Made by a program: the position numbers and the translations under genes. A stretch of 64,000 nt of DNA, from IMG/VR virus record IMGVR_UViG_2870083564_000004, positions 34,943-98,942 of that record; one strand, 5' to 3'. Positions 29,307-39,371 of the stretch are shown here, piece after piece. This DNA is from a virus (Duplodnaviria > Heunggongvirae > Uroviricota > Caudoviricetes). Position 1 is the stretch's first letter; the number at the start of each line of letters is the position of its first letter. The notes beneath the pieces are model-generated. The model was given only the letters and a program-made list of their open reading frames with translations, did no database searches and was not told the origin of the DNA.

Positions 29307-30275
29307 TTACATCATGGCCTGCATGTCCATCGCGGCCGCGCGAGCCGAAACGCTACGGCGCGTATTCGCACCTTGACGATCGGCTCGTGAGGCGCGGACT
29401 TCGGCAGCGATGCGGTTGATCGCTGCTTGTGGCGTCTCGACGCTATCCGCGAGTCCAGCATCAACGCCTTTCTGACCGAAGAAGATTCCCGCCTGCGTGT
29501 CCTTTACCGCTTGCGTGCTCAAACCACGAAAATTAGCGATTGCGTCGACGAACTGCTTGTAGCTGTTTTGCACCATGCTCGTCAGGAATGTCAGCGACTG
29601 GTCGCTCAGCGGCTCATGCGGCGTGAGATCGTTCTTGTGATCTCCGGCAAACACCGACGTCACCTTGATCCCATGCTGCTCATCCCGCTTCGAGACGTCG
29701 AGATGGTTGGCGATCACTCCGATCGATCCGACGCCTGAAGTACGGCTGACGATCACCTGCGATGCCGCAGCGGCAATCAGATAGCCGCCCGAGAAGGCCG
29801 AAAAGTTGACGATCGCCGTGATCGGCTTCACCAGCGACGCGGCGCGGATGTCGTCCGCCAGCTCGAAGGCACCAGTCGCGCTCCCACCGTTGCTGTCGAT
29901 GTCGAGAACAATGTGTTCGACGGCCGGGTCTGCGATAGCCTGATTCACGGAAGTGCGCAGACCCTCGTAGCTGGTCATCGGCTCGCACGGGCTCATGTGT
30001 GCGGATCGCGATACCAGGATTCCCGACACCGGAATGATGTCCATGCCGGTATCGGCGACCAGAGCGCGCCGGCGCTCCGACGCCGCAGCCATCTGCGCGC
30101 CGCTGCCGAATTCGTCGTCGTCCATGATCTTCGGCTGCGCGCCGTTCACGGTCAGATTGACGATGTTCAGATTGAGCGCGTGATTCGCCCATTGCACGGC
30201 GAGCGACATAATCGGGTCCGTGACGAGTTGCGGCTGATTGAAAATCAGACTTGCCAGTCTGAGGTGCGGTTTCAA
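29307..30275 (-). CDS. prohead protease (S49/ClpP-like)
   Basis: ClpP/S49 peptidase-like core (FSAFSGGYLIAAAA...GSIGVI). Confidence 0.75.
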   Translation of the reverse strand: MKPHLRLASLIFNQPQLVTDPIMSLAVQWANHALNLNIVNLTVNGAQPKIMDDDEFGSGAQMAAASERRRALVADTGMDIIPVSGILVSRSAHMSPCEPMTSYEGLRTSVNQAIADPAVEHIVLDIDSNGGSATGAFELADDIRAASLVKPITAIVNFSAFSGGYLIAAAASQVIVSRTSGVGSIGVIANHLDVSKRDEQHGIKVTSVFAGDHKNDLTPHEPLSDQSLTFLTSMVQNSYKQFVDAIANFRGLSTQAVKDTQAGIFFGQKGVDAGLADSVETPQAAINRIAAEVRASRADRQGANTRRSVSARAAAMDMQAMM

Positions 30276-31531
30276 GATAGGATTCTCCCAATTTCGTCGA
30301 TTGCCGCTTTCGTCGGCTCAGACTTCGCGACGGGAAGTTGCTGCGGCTTCGAGGCATCAACCATGTTCATCGGGCTCAGGTAGATGTCGCCACCCTTGAC
30401 CGGCGGCATGTTTTCCAACCGCCGGATGTCATTGATCGACAGCCAGCCCCACTGGCGCCCGACCGCATACGCGGCGTAGCGCGACGCCTGATCGCCTCTC
30501 AGCAGCCCGGAAAGGTTGTATTCGATGAAATACTGTTTTCGTTCGGAAGGCAGTAGCAGATCACGCGTCTTCGCCTGCTCATGCCGCTTGACCCACGGCA
30601 ACAGCGTGTAGATGACGAACTGGAGCGACTGGTGCTCGATGTTGCTGAACGTGGCTCGCTCTAGCTCGTTCACCATATGAGCCGGGATCTTGTAGATCCG
30701 CGCGATGTCGAGCGCCGAGAGGCGCAATGCATCAATCAGCGCTGCGTCGACGTTCGTCATCGACAGCGGCTTAAAGGTCATGCCTTCCTGCAACAGCGCG
30801 ACCTTCTTCGCGTTACCTGATCCGCCGAACTTCGAATTCCAGCCGTCCGTGATTCGATCCACGCTGGCCTGATCCTTGAGCGCCGGACTGTCCTTCGGAC
30901 GTTCGATCACACCCGACAGCGCCGTGCCATTCATAAATGACTTCCCGGCATATTGCTGGATCGCCTGCGCATGCCCGATCGCATTCGCATGGAGCAGGAC
31001 CGGCGATAGCCCCGTGTAGCCATTGATCGACGTCCAGCGAACGTGATGGACCAGCCGTCTCGGCATCGGCTCAGATCCGTAGACCCGATAGACCGGCATC
31101 AGGTCCGGGCCTTTCATGACTGTCACTGCCTCGTTATCCAGCGGATACAACCCTTGAATGACTCCGCCCTGATCGCGATCAATGAAGCTGTAGCTGTTGC
31201 CGCGAAGTCCGACGGCTACCTGCGACTGCTCCTGATACTCGAACGGCGTCTGCCACGGGTTCGGCTGGTACTTCAGGATCGAATACAGAGGGTGATCGGT
31301 CGCTGGCTTTCTGTCGTCGCCGGAACGCTCATACAGCTCAATCGGTAACTGCGCGATGCTCTCCGAAAGCAGCGTGACGCAGTTTTGCAGGACCGTCAGC
31401 GACAGTGCACTTGCCGGAGTCACGACCTGCCCGGCGTCCGATCGCGAGCTACCAAGCAGCGCCGACACCCACCCACCGGCCCCCATCTGCGTCTGACCGA
31501 GGTTGGTCAGCAATTGCCTACTGAAGAACAT
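30272..31531 (-). CDS. portal protein (HK97 family)
   Basis: 419 aa, placed between terminase and protease, with a portal-like conserved core. Confidence 0.85.
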   Translation of the reverse strand: MFFSRQLLTNLGQTQMGAGGWVSALLGSSRSDAGQVVTPASALSLTVLQNCVTLLSESIAQLPIELYERSGDDRKPATDHPLYSILKYQPNPWQTPFEYQEQSQVAVGLRGNSYSFIDRDQGGVIQGLYPLDNEAVTVMKGPDLMPVYRVYGSEPMPRRLVHHVRWTSINGYTGLSPVLLHANAIGHAQAIQQYAGKSFMNGTALSGVIERPKDSPALKDQASVDRITDGWNSKFGGSGNAKKVALLQEGMTFKPLSMTNVDAALIDALRLSALDIARIYKIPAHMVNELERATFSNIEHQSLQFVIYTLLPWVKRHEQAKTRDLLLPSERKQYFIEYNLSGLLRGDQASRYAAYAVGRQWGWLSINDIRRLENMPPVKGGDIYLSPMNMVDASKPQQLPVAKSEPTKAAIDEIGRILS

Positions 31532-31535
31532 GGGG

Positions 31536-31721
31536 CTACTCCTTCAGCTGACCGGCACGCACAGCGCGAGCCGACGCCAGATCCGCCAAAAATGCCCACA
31601 ACAGCAGCAGGACACCCGCAACGATGAGCCCGATCGGCAGGCTGATCAGCAAGACGCCCGCCACCAGCAGCGCAAACCCGAGCAGGCCGGCCACCCAGGC
31701 CGCAATGCCAATTGAATTCAA
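31536..31721 (-). CDS. small membrane protein
   Basis: 61 aa with two hydrophobic helices, between terminase and portal. Confidence 0.3.
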   Translation of the reverse strand: MNSIGIAAWVAGLLGFALLVAGVLLISLPIGLIVAGVLLLLWAFLADLASARAVRAGQLKE

Positions 31722-33439
31722 ACACCAACTCCTTGATCGTAGATCGACTCGGCATCAACGCGATCCGCCAGCATTGCGCGCCCCACCGCCATGATGAGCG
31801 CCACAGCGCCGTCGATTTTGTTGTCGTTGCCCTGTTTGATCGGTCGCACCACGTCGTCATTTCCCGGCAGGTTCTTGCCGATGACGTTGCTCACGCACCA
31901 CGTCATGATCGGGTTTCCGTCGTGATGGAACCGACCCGCCGTAATCGCTGCCTCGACCTCCTTCATCGGGTCCGACATGTTCGTGTAGTTCTGCACGATC
32001 GTGACCGGCGTCAGTCCTTCATCCTCGAGCTGGTGGGACAGGTTCGTTGCGCCGTGCGGGTCGAGCGGAGTGCATTGCACCGGGCACAACCGGTTCGCAT
32101 CTTTCGCCTCCTCCAGAATGTCGCGATAGTCGATCTCCGCACCGTCCGTTTCGAGTAGAAAGCCCTGATTGACCCACGCCTGATACCGCTCCGCCATACG
32201 CCGATTCTCGGTGTTGCGAACGGTGTCTTCTGGCACCCAGAATCGCGGTGCGACGCAGAAGTAATGCCGGCGCCCCTCGATGTCGCGCCAGAAAAGGCGG
32301 GCCATGCTGTTCAAGTCGAGCTTGCGCGCCATGTCGAGCGCGAGCACGCAGTCTCGCCCCGCGAACTGCTCAAGCGTCAGCGTGCGGTCTTCACACGCTT
32401 TCCAGTCTTCGAGATTGAAGTAGCCCGCCTTTGCCGACGTCCAGACGTTCAAGTGCTTCGTCTTGAACGTGTTCGTGAAGCGCGCTGACTTGATCGCGCG
32501 CTGCTGCTGGCTTTCCAGATACTCCTGGTAGACTGAGATTCCGATGTTCGGATTGGCTTTCGCCAGCACGCGCGGATCGGTCCAATCGTCCCCTTCGTCT
32601 ATCGTCCAGATCCAGCCGAAAAGCTCGTCGTCGGGCACTGTCCCTTCGAGCATTTCGATCACCTGTCGGCGCTTGTCGAAGCACGGTCCCTCGATGTTCG
32701 CGCCCGCGGTCGTGATGATGAACATGAGCGGCTGTTGACGCGCGCCCATGCCAGTCAACATCGTTTCGTATAGAGCGGCGCTGTCGTGTTCGTGATACTC
32801 GTCCACGATCGCACACGACGGCGACGCGCCATCGCCCGGGTTGCCGATGATCGGCTCGAACCGGCTGCCGTCGGCCGGCTTGTTCATGTTCGAGGCATTC
32901 ACCTCAATTCCCGCTGACTCGATCAGCATGGGTGAGCGCTTGACCATCAACTGTGCTGGGCGGAAAACCTCCCACGCCTGCTTTTCGGTCGTCGCCCCCG
33001 CATACACCTCCGCACCGAACTCGTCGTCGAGGACGAACATGCCGATGCCGACCCCCGCTGCGATCACCGATTTGCCGTTCTTTCTTGGGACCTCCCAGTA
33101 GCTTTCTCGAAACCGGCGCTTGCCGGTGCGCTTGTTGAGCCATCCGAAGGTCGCCATCAGGCCGAACTTCTGCCAAGGCTCCAGCGTTACCAGTTGCCCC
33201 TTGAACGCCCACTCGCCCTTCGTGTGCGGCAGCAGTTCAATGAGTGCGAGCTTTCGCTCGGCCGCCTCCGAATCGAACTTCCATCGGAAATCCTTCTTGC
33301 GGCTCGCCGCAAGGTCGTCAAGGTGGCGCTTGCACGCAAGTTGCACATACCGGCAAGCGGGGCGCTCGCCACGAACGACGTCTCGCGCGAACTTGAGCCC
33401 CTGCTCTACGCGCGGGAAATTCGTCGCCATGTCTTCCAA
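31718..33439 (-). CDS. terminase large subunit
   Basis: 573 aa with a Walker A-like ATPase N-domain and an RNaseH-like nuclease C-domain (DEYH...). Confidence 0.9.
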   Translation of the reverse strand: MEDMATNFPRVEQGLKFARDVVRGERPACRYVQLACKRHLDDLAASRKKDFRWKFDSEAAERKLALIELLPHTKGEWAFKGQLVTLEPWQKFGLMATFGWLNKRTGKRRFRESYWEVPRKNGKSVIAAGVGIGMFVLDDEFGAEVYAGATTEKQAWEVFRPAQLMVKRSPMLIESAGIEVNASNMNKPADGSRFEPIIGNPGDGASPSCAIVDEYHEHDSAALYETMLTGMGARQQPLMFIITTAGANIEGPCFDKRRQVIEMLEGTVPDDELFGWIWTIDEGDDWTDPRVLAKANPNIGISVYQEYLESQQQRAIKSARFTNTFKTKHLNVWTSAKAGYFNLEDWKACEDRTLTLEQFAGRDCVLALDMARKLDLNSMARLFWRDIEGRRHYFCVAPRFWVPEDTVRNTENRRMAERYQAWVNQGFLLETDGAEIDYRDILEEAKDANRLCPVQCTPLDPHGATNLSHQLEDEGLTPVTIVQNYTNMSDPMKEVEAAITAGRFHHDGNPIMTWCVSNVIGKNLPGNDDVVRPIKQGNDNKIDGAVALIMAVGRAMLADRVDAESIYDQGVGV

Positions 33440-33925
33440 TCATTTGCCGAGCAGCTTCGCGAAAGGGTTGTCGGGTGTTTTCGGCTTTGCGCCGACCAGG
33501 CGCTGCCGGCTCGCTGGGTCGAGCCCCAGCATTGCGCCGAAGCTCGCCATTTGCGCTGCTGCTTCCTTCACAACGGTCGCGGCCGGATTCTTCATCGGAC
33601 TGCCTTGGGAGCTGTCGACGACAGGGCCGTTGCGAGTCAAATCAACCTGGGCGGCTCGCCAATTGCCGTAGGCCGAACAGAAGATTTCGACGATGTGTAG
33701 GTCGGTCTCTTGCAGAATTTTCTGCTCACACAAGCGCGGAACGACACGCTCCCACATGTCCCGCGCCTCGCCGGCAATCCAGCCCGGCGGCTCGATGTTC
33801 GTGACCAAGCCGAAATCTGGCTCGTCCTTATTCAGCGCGCGTTTGCCGGGATTTCCCGCCGCGATTTTCCGTGCCGTCGGCTTGGGTTTTCTGCCCCGGC
33901 CCGGCACTGTCGCAATACCCCCCAC
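33440..33925 (-). CDS. terminase small subunit (P27 family)
   Basis: KIAAGNPGKRALNKDEPDF...; typical P27-family small terminase. Confidence 0.7.
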   Translation of the reverse strand: MGGIATVPGRGRKPKPTARKIAAGNPGKRALNKDEPDFGLVTNIEPPGWIAGEARDMWERVVPRLCEQKILQETDLHIVEIFCSAYGNWRAAQVDLTRNGPVVDSSQGSPMKNPAATVVKEAAAQMASFGAMLGLDPASRQRLVGAKPKTPDNPFAKLLGK

Positions 33926-34073
33926 TGGCCAACTCCTGAATATTTAATTTCGCGGGCGTGAAAATTCGACGAAGCGGGCGGTCCCGAAGGCGATGCCTCT
34001 CAGACTTTTTCACCCCCCCTCCCCGCCCGGTACATTCGCCGGGCGGGCAACGACGGGCGCAGCCGCCACCACG

Positions 34074-34430
34074 TCACCGCAACCGCTCGCGCGCCGTTTT
34101 CGCCGCGTGACAGTCACGGCAGATCGCTTGCAGGTTCTCGTCGCGGTCTGTCCCGCCGCGCGCCTTCGAGATAACGTGATCGACAGCAGTTGCCGGCGTC
34201 ACGCGCCCGGCTTGCAGGCAGGGCTGACACAGGCCGCTGTCGCGACGCAAGATGCGCTGCCTGATCTTGTCCCACGCGGTTCCGTATCCCCGCGCATGGC
34301 GATTGCCGCGCACCGCGTCGGGCTTCCACTTCACCGCCTCATGAGTGTGCTGCTCGCAGTACGACTTGCCGTCCGCAACGAGCGCGCCGCATCCTCGGTG
34401 CTTGCAGGGCTTCATCGGTCGTCGTGCCAT
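34074..34430 (-). CDS. HNH endonuclease
   Basis: Paired CxxC motifs, H-N-H (DHVISKARGG...NLQAICRDCH), placed next to the terminase. Confidence 0.8.
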   Translation of the reverse strand: MARRPMKPCKHRGCGALVADGKSYCEQHTHEAVKWKPDAVRGNRHARGYGTAWDKIRQRILRRDSGLCQPCLQAGRVTPATAVDHVISKARGGTDRDENLQAICRDCHAAKTARERLR

Positions 34431-34455
34431 CTCGCCAAAATCTCGCTAACTTTGT

Positions 34456-34484
34456 TTGCATTTTTGTTAGCACTTTGCTAACAT
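34456..34484 (+). promoter_or_regulatory. toxin-antitoxin promoter/operator (TTGCAT-N17-TAACAT with GTTAGC-N5-GCTAAC palindrome over the -10)
   Basis: Lies directly upstream of the toxin ATG. A third GCTAAC copy sits about 20 bp further upstream. Confidence 0.45.
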
Positions 34485-34490
34485 GCGTTT

Positions 34491-34748
34491 ATGCACTCAA
34501 TCGAATTCACCAAACAAGCCGCCCAAGCCCTCAAGGCAATGCCGCGCAACATTTCGGCGACGATTCGGGCAAAGATCGATGCACTGGCAGTTGACCCCTA
34601 CGCACCGAATCCGAACGCGAAGAAGTTAGCGGGCCAGCCCGGCTACCGGCTCCGAGTTGGCGATTGGCGTGTGTTGTACGAAATCGAAGATGGCCGCGTC
34701 GTGATCGTTGTGCTGGCCGTCAAACCCCGTGGAGGTGCCTACAAATGA
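34491..34748 (+). CDS. type II toxin, RelE/ParE family
   Basis: 85 aa with ...GYRLRVGDWRVLYEIEDGRVVIVVLAVKPR, the RelE/ParE C-terminal signature. Confidence 0.75.
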   Translation: MHSIEFTKQAAQALKAMPRNISATIRAKIDALAVDPYAPNPNAKKLAGQPGYRLRVGDWRVLYEIEDGRVVIVVLAVKPRGGAYK

Positions 34749-35131
34749 CCGAAGTTCAATTTATCGAGCAGGACGGCCACCGGGCCTTTGCCGTGGTCCC
34801 CATCGAACTGTGGGACCGCGTGAAGGACCTAATCGAAGATCTCGAAGATGAAGCGCTCTACGCGCAGGCCAAGGCAAACGACGACGGCCGCCGCATCCCG
34901 GCCGCTGTGCTCGATGCTGAACTGGCGGGCGATCACCCTGTTCGAGCTTGGCGCAATCATCTGCGCATGACGCAAGATGCGCTCGCCGCAGCAGCCGGCA
35001 TCAGCAAACCGTATCTCAGCCAGATCGAAACCCGGCAGCGCGTCGGCACTACCGACGTGCTGTCTAAGATCGCCAGCGCACTTGCAGTGCCCGTCGACGA
35101 CTTGATCGAGCCGCCGCCCGCACAGTCGTAA
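34745..35131 (+). CDS. antitoxin, XRE-family HTH (HigA-like, toxin-first operon)
   Basis: ATGA overlap with the toxin. C-terminal HTH (MTQDALAAAAGISKPYLSQIE). Confidence 0.7.
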   Translation: MTEVQFIEQDGHRAFAVVPIELWDRVKDLIEDLEDEALYAQAKANDDGRRIPAAVLDAELAGDHPVRAWRNHLRMTQDALAAAAGISKPYLSQIETRQRVGTTDVLSKIASALAVPVDDLIEPPPAQS

Positions 35132-35397
35132 CGCAATGTCGCTCGTCTCGTCGGCCTGCGTAATGCAGTCGCATGAACGCGATGACCGCCACAGCCGCAC
35201 GCACCCAGTGCGGACGACGGCGAAACATCAGAACGGCCATAGCAACTCCGGGCGCGGAAATGAAAAAGCCCCGCGCGGCGAACCGGCGGGGCTTCTCGCA
35301 TGCAACTTGTGCAGCGTGGTGAAAATCATATACTGCTGTAACAGGAGCGTCAAGTAGGTATGTGGCACGCCCACGCGGTTCAGCGGAGAACTGGGGA

Positions 35398-35922
35398 ATG
35401 GCGGCGAACGCGAAGGTCAGCAACGAAAAGAAGAACCTCAACCGGCTGGCAGGCGAGTTTCTGGTCGCCTCACGCCTGACTCAGCGTGGCTACATGGTGG
35501 CACTGCAATGGGGTACGACTATCGGCTACGACGTTCTCGTGTTCGACAAGAGCGGCAACTCGGCCTTCCTTGAAATCAAATCGTCCGCGTCAAACTCTCG
35601 CCGCTGGCTGCTCCAACAGAAATACGCGAACCCGCGCGCGGACAAAATACCAGCGAACCGCCGATTTGTTTGCTGTGTGGATCTGGCAATCAAGGGCAAA
35701 GAGCCGGATGTCTACGTGTTCCCCGCAACGGTCGTAGCGGATGGGTTGCACTACTTCTTCGCCAGCAAATTCCCAAACAGCCCCAGTTATCACTTGTCAC
35801 TCGACTTCAAGCCGCAATACCGCACGAAGGAGGATGGGGTGCTGACGGTCGGGCAACACATCGAGGCCGAGACATTCTTGGAAAACTATGCCGTGATCGG
35901 AATCGAGACCGTCACGGGATAG
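35398..35922 (+). CDS. stand-alone PD-(D/E)xK-like nuclease-fold protein, unknown function
   Basis: AGEFLVASRL...GYDVLVFDKSGNSAFLEIKSS gives an E, D and ExK pattern. Confidence 0.4.
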   Translation: MAANAKVSNEKKNLNRLAGEFLVASRLTQRGYMVALQWGTTIGYDVLVFDKSGNSAFLEIKSSASNSRRWLLQQKYANPRADKIPANRRFVCCVDLAIKGKEPDVYVFPATVVADGLHYFFASKFPNSPSYHLSLDFKPQYRTKEDGVLTVGQHIEAETFLENYAVIGIETVTG

Positions 35923-36072
35923 AACGCCACCGGACAACCGGATGCCCTGACATTTCACTCGACTCACTCGCGATTCGCTGTCGGTCCCGATAGTCACGAA
36001 CGCCGATATCGACCATGAACGGTCAATCGACTTCTTGATGGGAATCGTCGACATACGAGTGGCCGATACCTC

Positions 36073-36080
36073 GACAGGCC
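36073..36080. repeat. target-site duplication GACAGGCC (left copy)
   Basis: Identical 8-mer abuts both IS66 ends; the other copy is at 38552-38559. Confidence 0.7.
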
Positions 36081-36115
36081 GTAAGCGACCAGCCAACCCG
36101 TCTTGACGAGCGAGT

Positions 36116-37690
36116 TTAAGCGGCAGTCGAGAGAGGTTGCCAACGATGCGGCAGTAGCGCGTCGATGTCGTTGGCCTTGTGGGTCGGCAAGCGTGTGAGG
36201 ACGTCCTTCAGATAGGCGAGCGGATCGAGCCCGTTCAGTTGCGCCGATCGAATCAAGCTCATGATGGCGGCCGCGCGCTGACCCGCACGCAGTGATCCGG
36301 CGAACAACCAATTGGACCGACCGACTGCCCACGGTCGGATCTGGTTTTCGACCCAGTTGTTGTCGATCGGCACATTGCCGTCATCGAGATAGCGCGTGAG
36401 TGCGTCCCATCGTTTCAGGCTGTAGTCCAGCGCCTTCGCAATCGCCGAGCCGTCCGCAACGAGTTTGCGCTGCGCCATCAACCATTCATAGAGGGCGTCG
36501 CACACCGGCTTGGCCCGACGCTGTCGAAGCCGCTGCCGTTCGTCGACATCCAGTGCTGCGGCCTCGCGTTCGATGTCGTAGAGCGCGGTAAAGAACGGCA
36601 GGGCCTGCCCCGCAACATGGCTGCTGTGGTTGGCATGCAATTCAAAGAACTTGCGTCGAGCATGGGCCGCGCATCCGATCTCGGTGATGCCGTGCTGGAA
36701 CGAGGCCTTGTACCCGCTGTAGTCGTCGCATACCAGTTTGCCGTGCCAGCCCGTCAGGAACGTGCGAGCGTGCGCACCGGCGCGGCTCTCGGCGAAGTCG
36801 TAGACCACCGCGCGCAGTTCGCTGAACTGAGTCGACGTATACGCCCACAGGTATGCCCGGTGCGTTTTGCCCTTGCCGGGACTGAGCATTTGCACCGGCG
36901 TCTCGTCGGCGTGCAACACCGCCTGTTGCCGGATGGCCTGGCCGAGTGCGTCGACCAACGGCTGCAACTGCACGCCACACCGGCCCACCCAGGCACCCAG
37001 CGTGGATCTCGGGATGGCCAGTCCCGCACGACCAAAGATCTGTTCCTGGCGATACAGGGGCAGGTGGTCGCCGTACTTGGCGACCAGCACCTGCGCGAGC
37101 AACCTGGCGGTGGGCATGCCCTTGTCGATCACATGCGGTGGAACCGGCGCTTGGATCAGCGTCTCGCACGCTTTGCACACCCACTTGCCGCGGATGTGCC
37201 GTTCCACCGTAAACACACCCGGCGTGTAGTCCAGCTTCTCGCTCACGTCCTCGCCGATCCGTATGCGTTCGCAACCGCACTGGCACGTTGTGCTGTCCGG
37301 TTCGTGATGGACGTCGGTGCGTGGCAGTTGCGGCGGCAGTGGTGCCCGTTTCGGCTGCTCGCGTTGCCGTTCAGCTCGCGTCGGCTCAAGTTGCTCAAGC
37401 TCCATCTCGATGGCAACCAAGTCGCCATCGATCGCCTCGTCGAGCAGGTTCATCTGCTCGCTGTTGAGCTGTTCGCTGCGCCGGCCGAACTGCTGGCGCT
37501 TGAGGATCGAGATCTCATGGGTAAGCTGGTCGATGCGGGTCTGCTTGTAGCGGAGTTCCCGATCTCGTTCACTGGCTTCCCGCTCCTTCTCGTGGATCGC
37601 CTGGTCCTTCGACTGGACCTCTGCAATCAGTTGCGCAGTCAGGGCGCGCAACTGCTCCGGGGTGAGTGCGTCGAGGTCAGCGGGATTCAT
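36116..37690 (-). CDS. tnpC: IS66 transposase TnpC
   Basis: 524 aa with N-terminal coiled coil/Leu zipper, a CxxC zinc motif and a DDE core typical of IS66 TnpC. Confidence 0.85.
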   Translation of the reverse strand: MNPADLDALTPEQLRALTAQLIAEVQSKDQAIHEKEREASERDRELRYKQTRIDQLTHEISILKRQQFGRRSEQLNSEQMNLLDEAIDGDLVAIEMELEQLEPTRAERQREQPKRAPLPPQLPRTDVHHEPDSTTCQCGCERIRIGEDVSEKLDYTPGVFTVERHIRGKWVCKACETLIQAPVPPHVIDKGMPTARLLAQVLVAKYGDHLPLYRQEQIFGRAGLAIPRSTLGAWVGRCGVQLQPLVDALGQAIRQQAVLHADETPVQMLSPGKGKTHRAYLWAYTSTQFSELRAVVYDFAESRAGAHARTFLTGWHGKLVCDDYSGYKASFQHGITEIGCAAHARRKFFELHANHSSHVAGQALPFFTALYDIEREAAALDVDERQRLRQRRAKPVCDALYEWLMAQRKLVADGSAIAKALDYSLKRWDALTRYLDDGNVPIDNNWVENQIRPWAVGRSNWLFAGSLRAGQRAAAIMSLIRSAQLNGLDPLAYLKDVLTRLPTHKANDIDALLPHRWQPLSTAA

Positions 37691-37753
37691 GCAGGCCAGT
37701 CTGCCAGAACGCTGTAGGCGGTGGAAGCTGAACTGTTTACGCCTCCGTCGTAC

Positions 37754-38092
37754 TCAGACGACACGGATCACGCCACTCCCGCCAATGCGTTGCCACGGCA
37801 GGCCCAGCACCAGGCCGGCCAGTTGTTCGTGCGTCAGTTCATGCTGCTTCGGTTCGCTGCCGGCGTGCGGCCAGGCAAATTGCCCCTGATTCAGACGTCG
37901 TGCTGCCAACCAAATGCCGATCCCGTCGTGGATCAGGACCTTCATGCGGTTGGCGCGGCGATTGGCGAACAGATAAGCATGGTGTGGGTGCGCGGCACCG
38001 AATACCTTGACCACGCGCGCCAAGGCCGTGTCGAAACCGGCACGCATGTCCAGCGGATCGGTCGCCAGCCAGATCTCGTCGACGCGGATCAC
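37754..38092 (-). CDS. tnpB: IS66 TnpB (Orf2)
   Basis: IRVDEIWLATDPLDMRAGFDTALARVV...; GTG start overlaps the TnpA stop (GTGA). Confidence 0.8.
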   Translation of the reverse strand: MIRVDEIWLATDPLDMRAGFDTALARVVKVFGAAHPHHAYLFANRRANRMKVLIHDGIGIWLAARRLNQGQFAWPHAGSEPKQHELTHEQLAGLVLGLPWQRIGGSGVIRVV

Positions 38093-38472
38093 CGCATCCA
38101 CTCGCGCAGCCAGGCGGCACACTGGGCGGCTTCGGACACGGGCCAACTGACCGTGATCGACTGATCGCCCCGGCGCACCTCGATGCGGATCTCTGCCGAG
38201 TGCGGACTCGGCGCTCCCAATGGCACCGACACAAAGGCTGGCAGCGACGGTGGCGTGGCCGGTGGACGACCCAGCGGTCTCTTGGGAAGTCGCCCCTCCG
38301 CCTGATCGATCCAGCGCCGCAGCAGATTCGCGTTGAGCCGGTGTTCCAGCGCGACCGCAGCAACCGATACGCCGATTCCCTGGCACGCAGCTACCACCTG
38401 CGCCTTGAACTCCTCGCTGTACCGTTGCCGGCGACGACGCTCGGGGAGTGCTTCCGATTCGATAGTGTTCAC
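38089..38472 (-). CDS. tnpA: IS66 TnpA (Orf1)
   Basis: 127 aa, HTH-like (YSEEFKAQVVAAC), first ORF of IS66. Confidence 0.75.
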   Translation of the reverse strand: MNTIESEALPERRRRQRYSEEFKAQVVAACQGIGVSVAAVALEHRLNANLLRRWIDQAEGRLPKRPLGRPPATPPSLPAFVSVPLGAPSPHSAEIRIEVRRGDQSITVSWPVSEAAQCAAWLREWMR

Positions 38473-38551
38473 GTGTCCGCTTATTCGTTAGGTGGACACG
38501 ATACTCCCAAGAGCTTTACCCCAACTCAAGACGGGTTGCCCGGCCGCTTAC

Positions 38552-38559
38552 GACAGGCC
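38552..38559. repeat. target-site duplication GACAGGCC (right copy)
   Basis: See left copy. Confidence 0.7.
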
Positions 38560-38564
38560 GAGCT

Positions 38565-39371
38565 ATGTATCTACTGTATTGCGATGAGACGAACTTTCAG
38601 AAGCTCTCGGGTGACTTCTTCGTCTACGGAGGAATCGTTATTGATGGCGCGAAGGCAGGCATGCTTGCTGACACACTTTCAAAGATTCGAAAGTCCTATG
38701 GCGTGCCGAACGAGTTCTTAGTGAAGTTCAACCCTGGGCCGCAGCATCTATCCCATATGGATTTCATCGGCCTGAAACAGGCTTATATTGCTGCCGCCGC
38801 CGAGAACGATGTCTTGTTGCTCGTGAACCTTTTGCTACATGACATCGCAAAATCATCTGACGATGCGAGACGATTCGGGATCAATACGCTTTGCTACCAC
38901 TTCGATTGCTACCTGCACAGACCAAAAGCACCGGGACTTGTTTTGATTGATCGCTTCAACGACAAGAAACTAGACGATCAATTGAAGGAGAAAGCGGCGG
39001 TTGGTTTAACCGGGCCCATTGCCTATTCTGGTGAGAAAACGCTAAAGTACATAATCGGCTATCACCTCTCGTCCATCGGACAGTCGCACTTCTGTAGCTT
39101 GGTAGATGTCGTAATTGGATCGCTTCGGTTCGCTATTAACGCCTTCACGCAGGGCAAGGAAGAGCACATGGACTCGGCTGGCGCGATCTTGAATCAGCTG
39201 TCCCCCTTGTTCTTCCGCGAAGGCAAGCCACCTGGCAATACGAAGGCAGTCGACCTGATCAGCTTCTGGTTCAGTCCGGCGAAAGTAAGTGTGGCCAAGT
39301 ACCGTGAGAAATACTTGGCCTTGCGCGACTTCTTGCAGGCTCAAGGCATCGAGATTGAGCAGGTCTTGTAG
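38565..39371 (+). CDS. DUF3800-like protein, unknown function
   Basis: N-terminus MYLLYCDETNF resembles the DUF3800 (YIDESG) start. GC is low for the region. The IS66 right end lies 13 bp upstream of its ATG. Confidence 0.45.
   Translation: MYLLYCDETNFQKLSGDFFVYGGIVIDGAKAGMLADTLSKIRKSYGVPNEFLVKFNPGPQHLSHMDFIGLKQAYIAAAAENDVLLLVNLLLHDIAKSSDDARRFGINTLCYHFDCYLHRPKAPGLVLIDRFNDKKLDDQLKEKAAVGLTGPIAYSGEKTLKYIIGYHLSSIGQSHFCSLVDVVIGSLRFAINAFTQGKEEHMDSAGAILNQLSPLFFREGKPPGNTKAVDLISFWFSPAKVSVAKYREKYLALRDFLQAQGIEIEQVL

Larger units (their letters stand above)
36081..38551 (-). mobile_element. IS66-family insertion sequence (tnpA-tnpB-tnpC) with imperfect terminal IRs and 8-bp TSD
   Basis: Terminal IRs begin GTAAGCG... 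(left GTAAGCGACCAGCCAACCCGTCTTGA, right reverse-complement GTAAGCGGCCGGGCAACCCGTCTTGA). Three IS66 ORFs lie inside. Confidence 0.8.
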
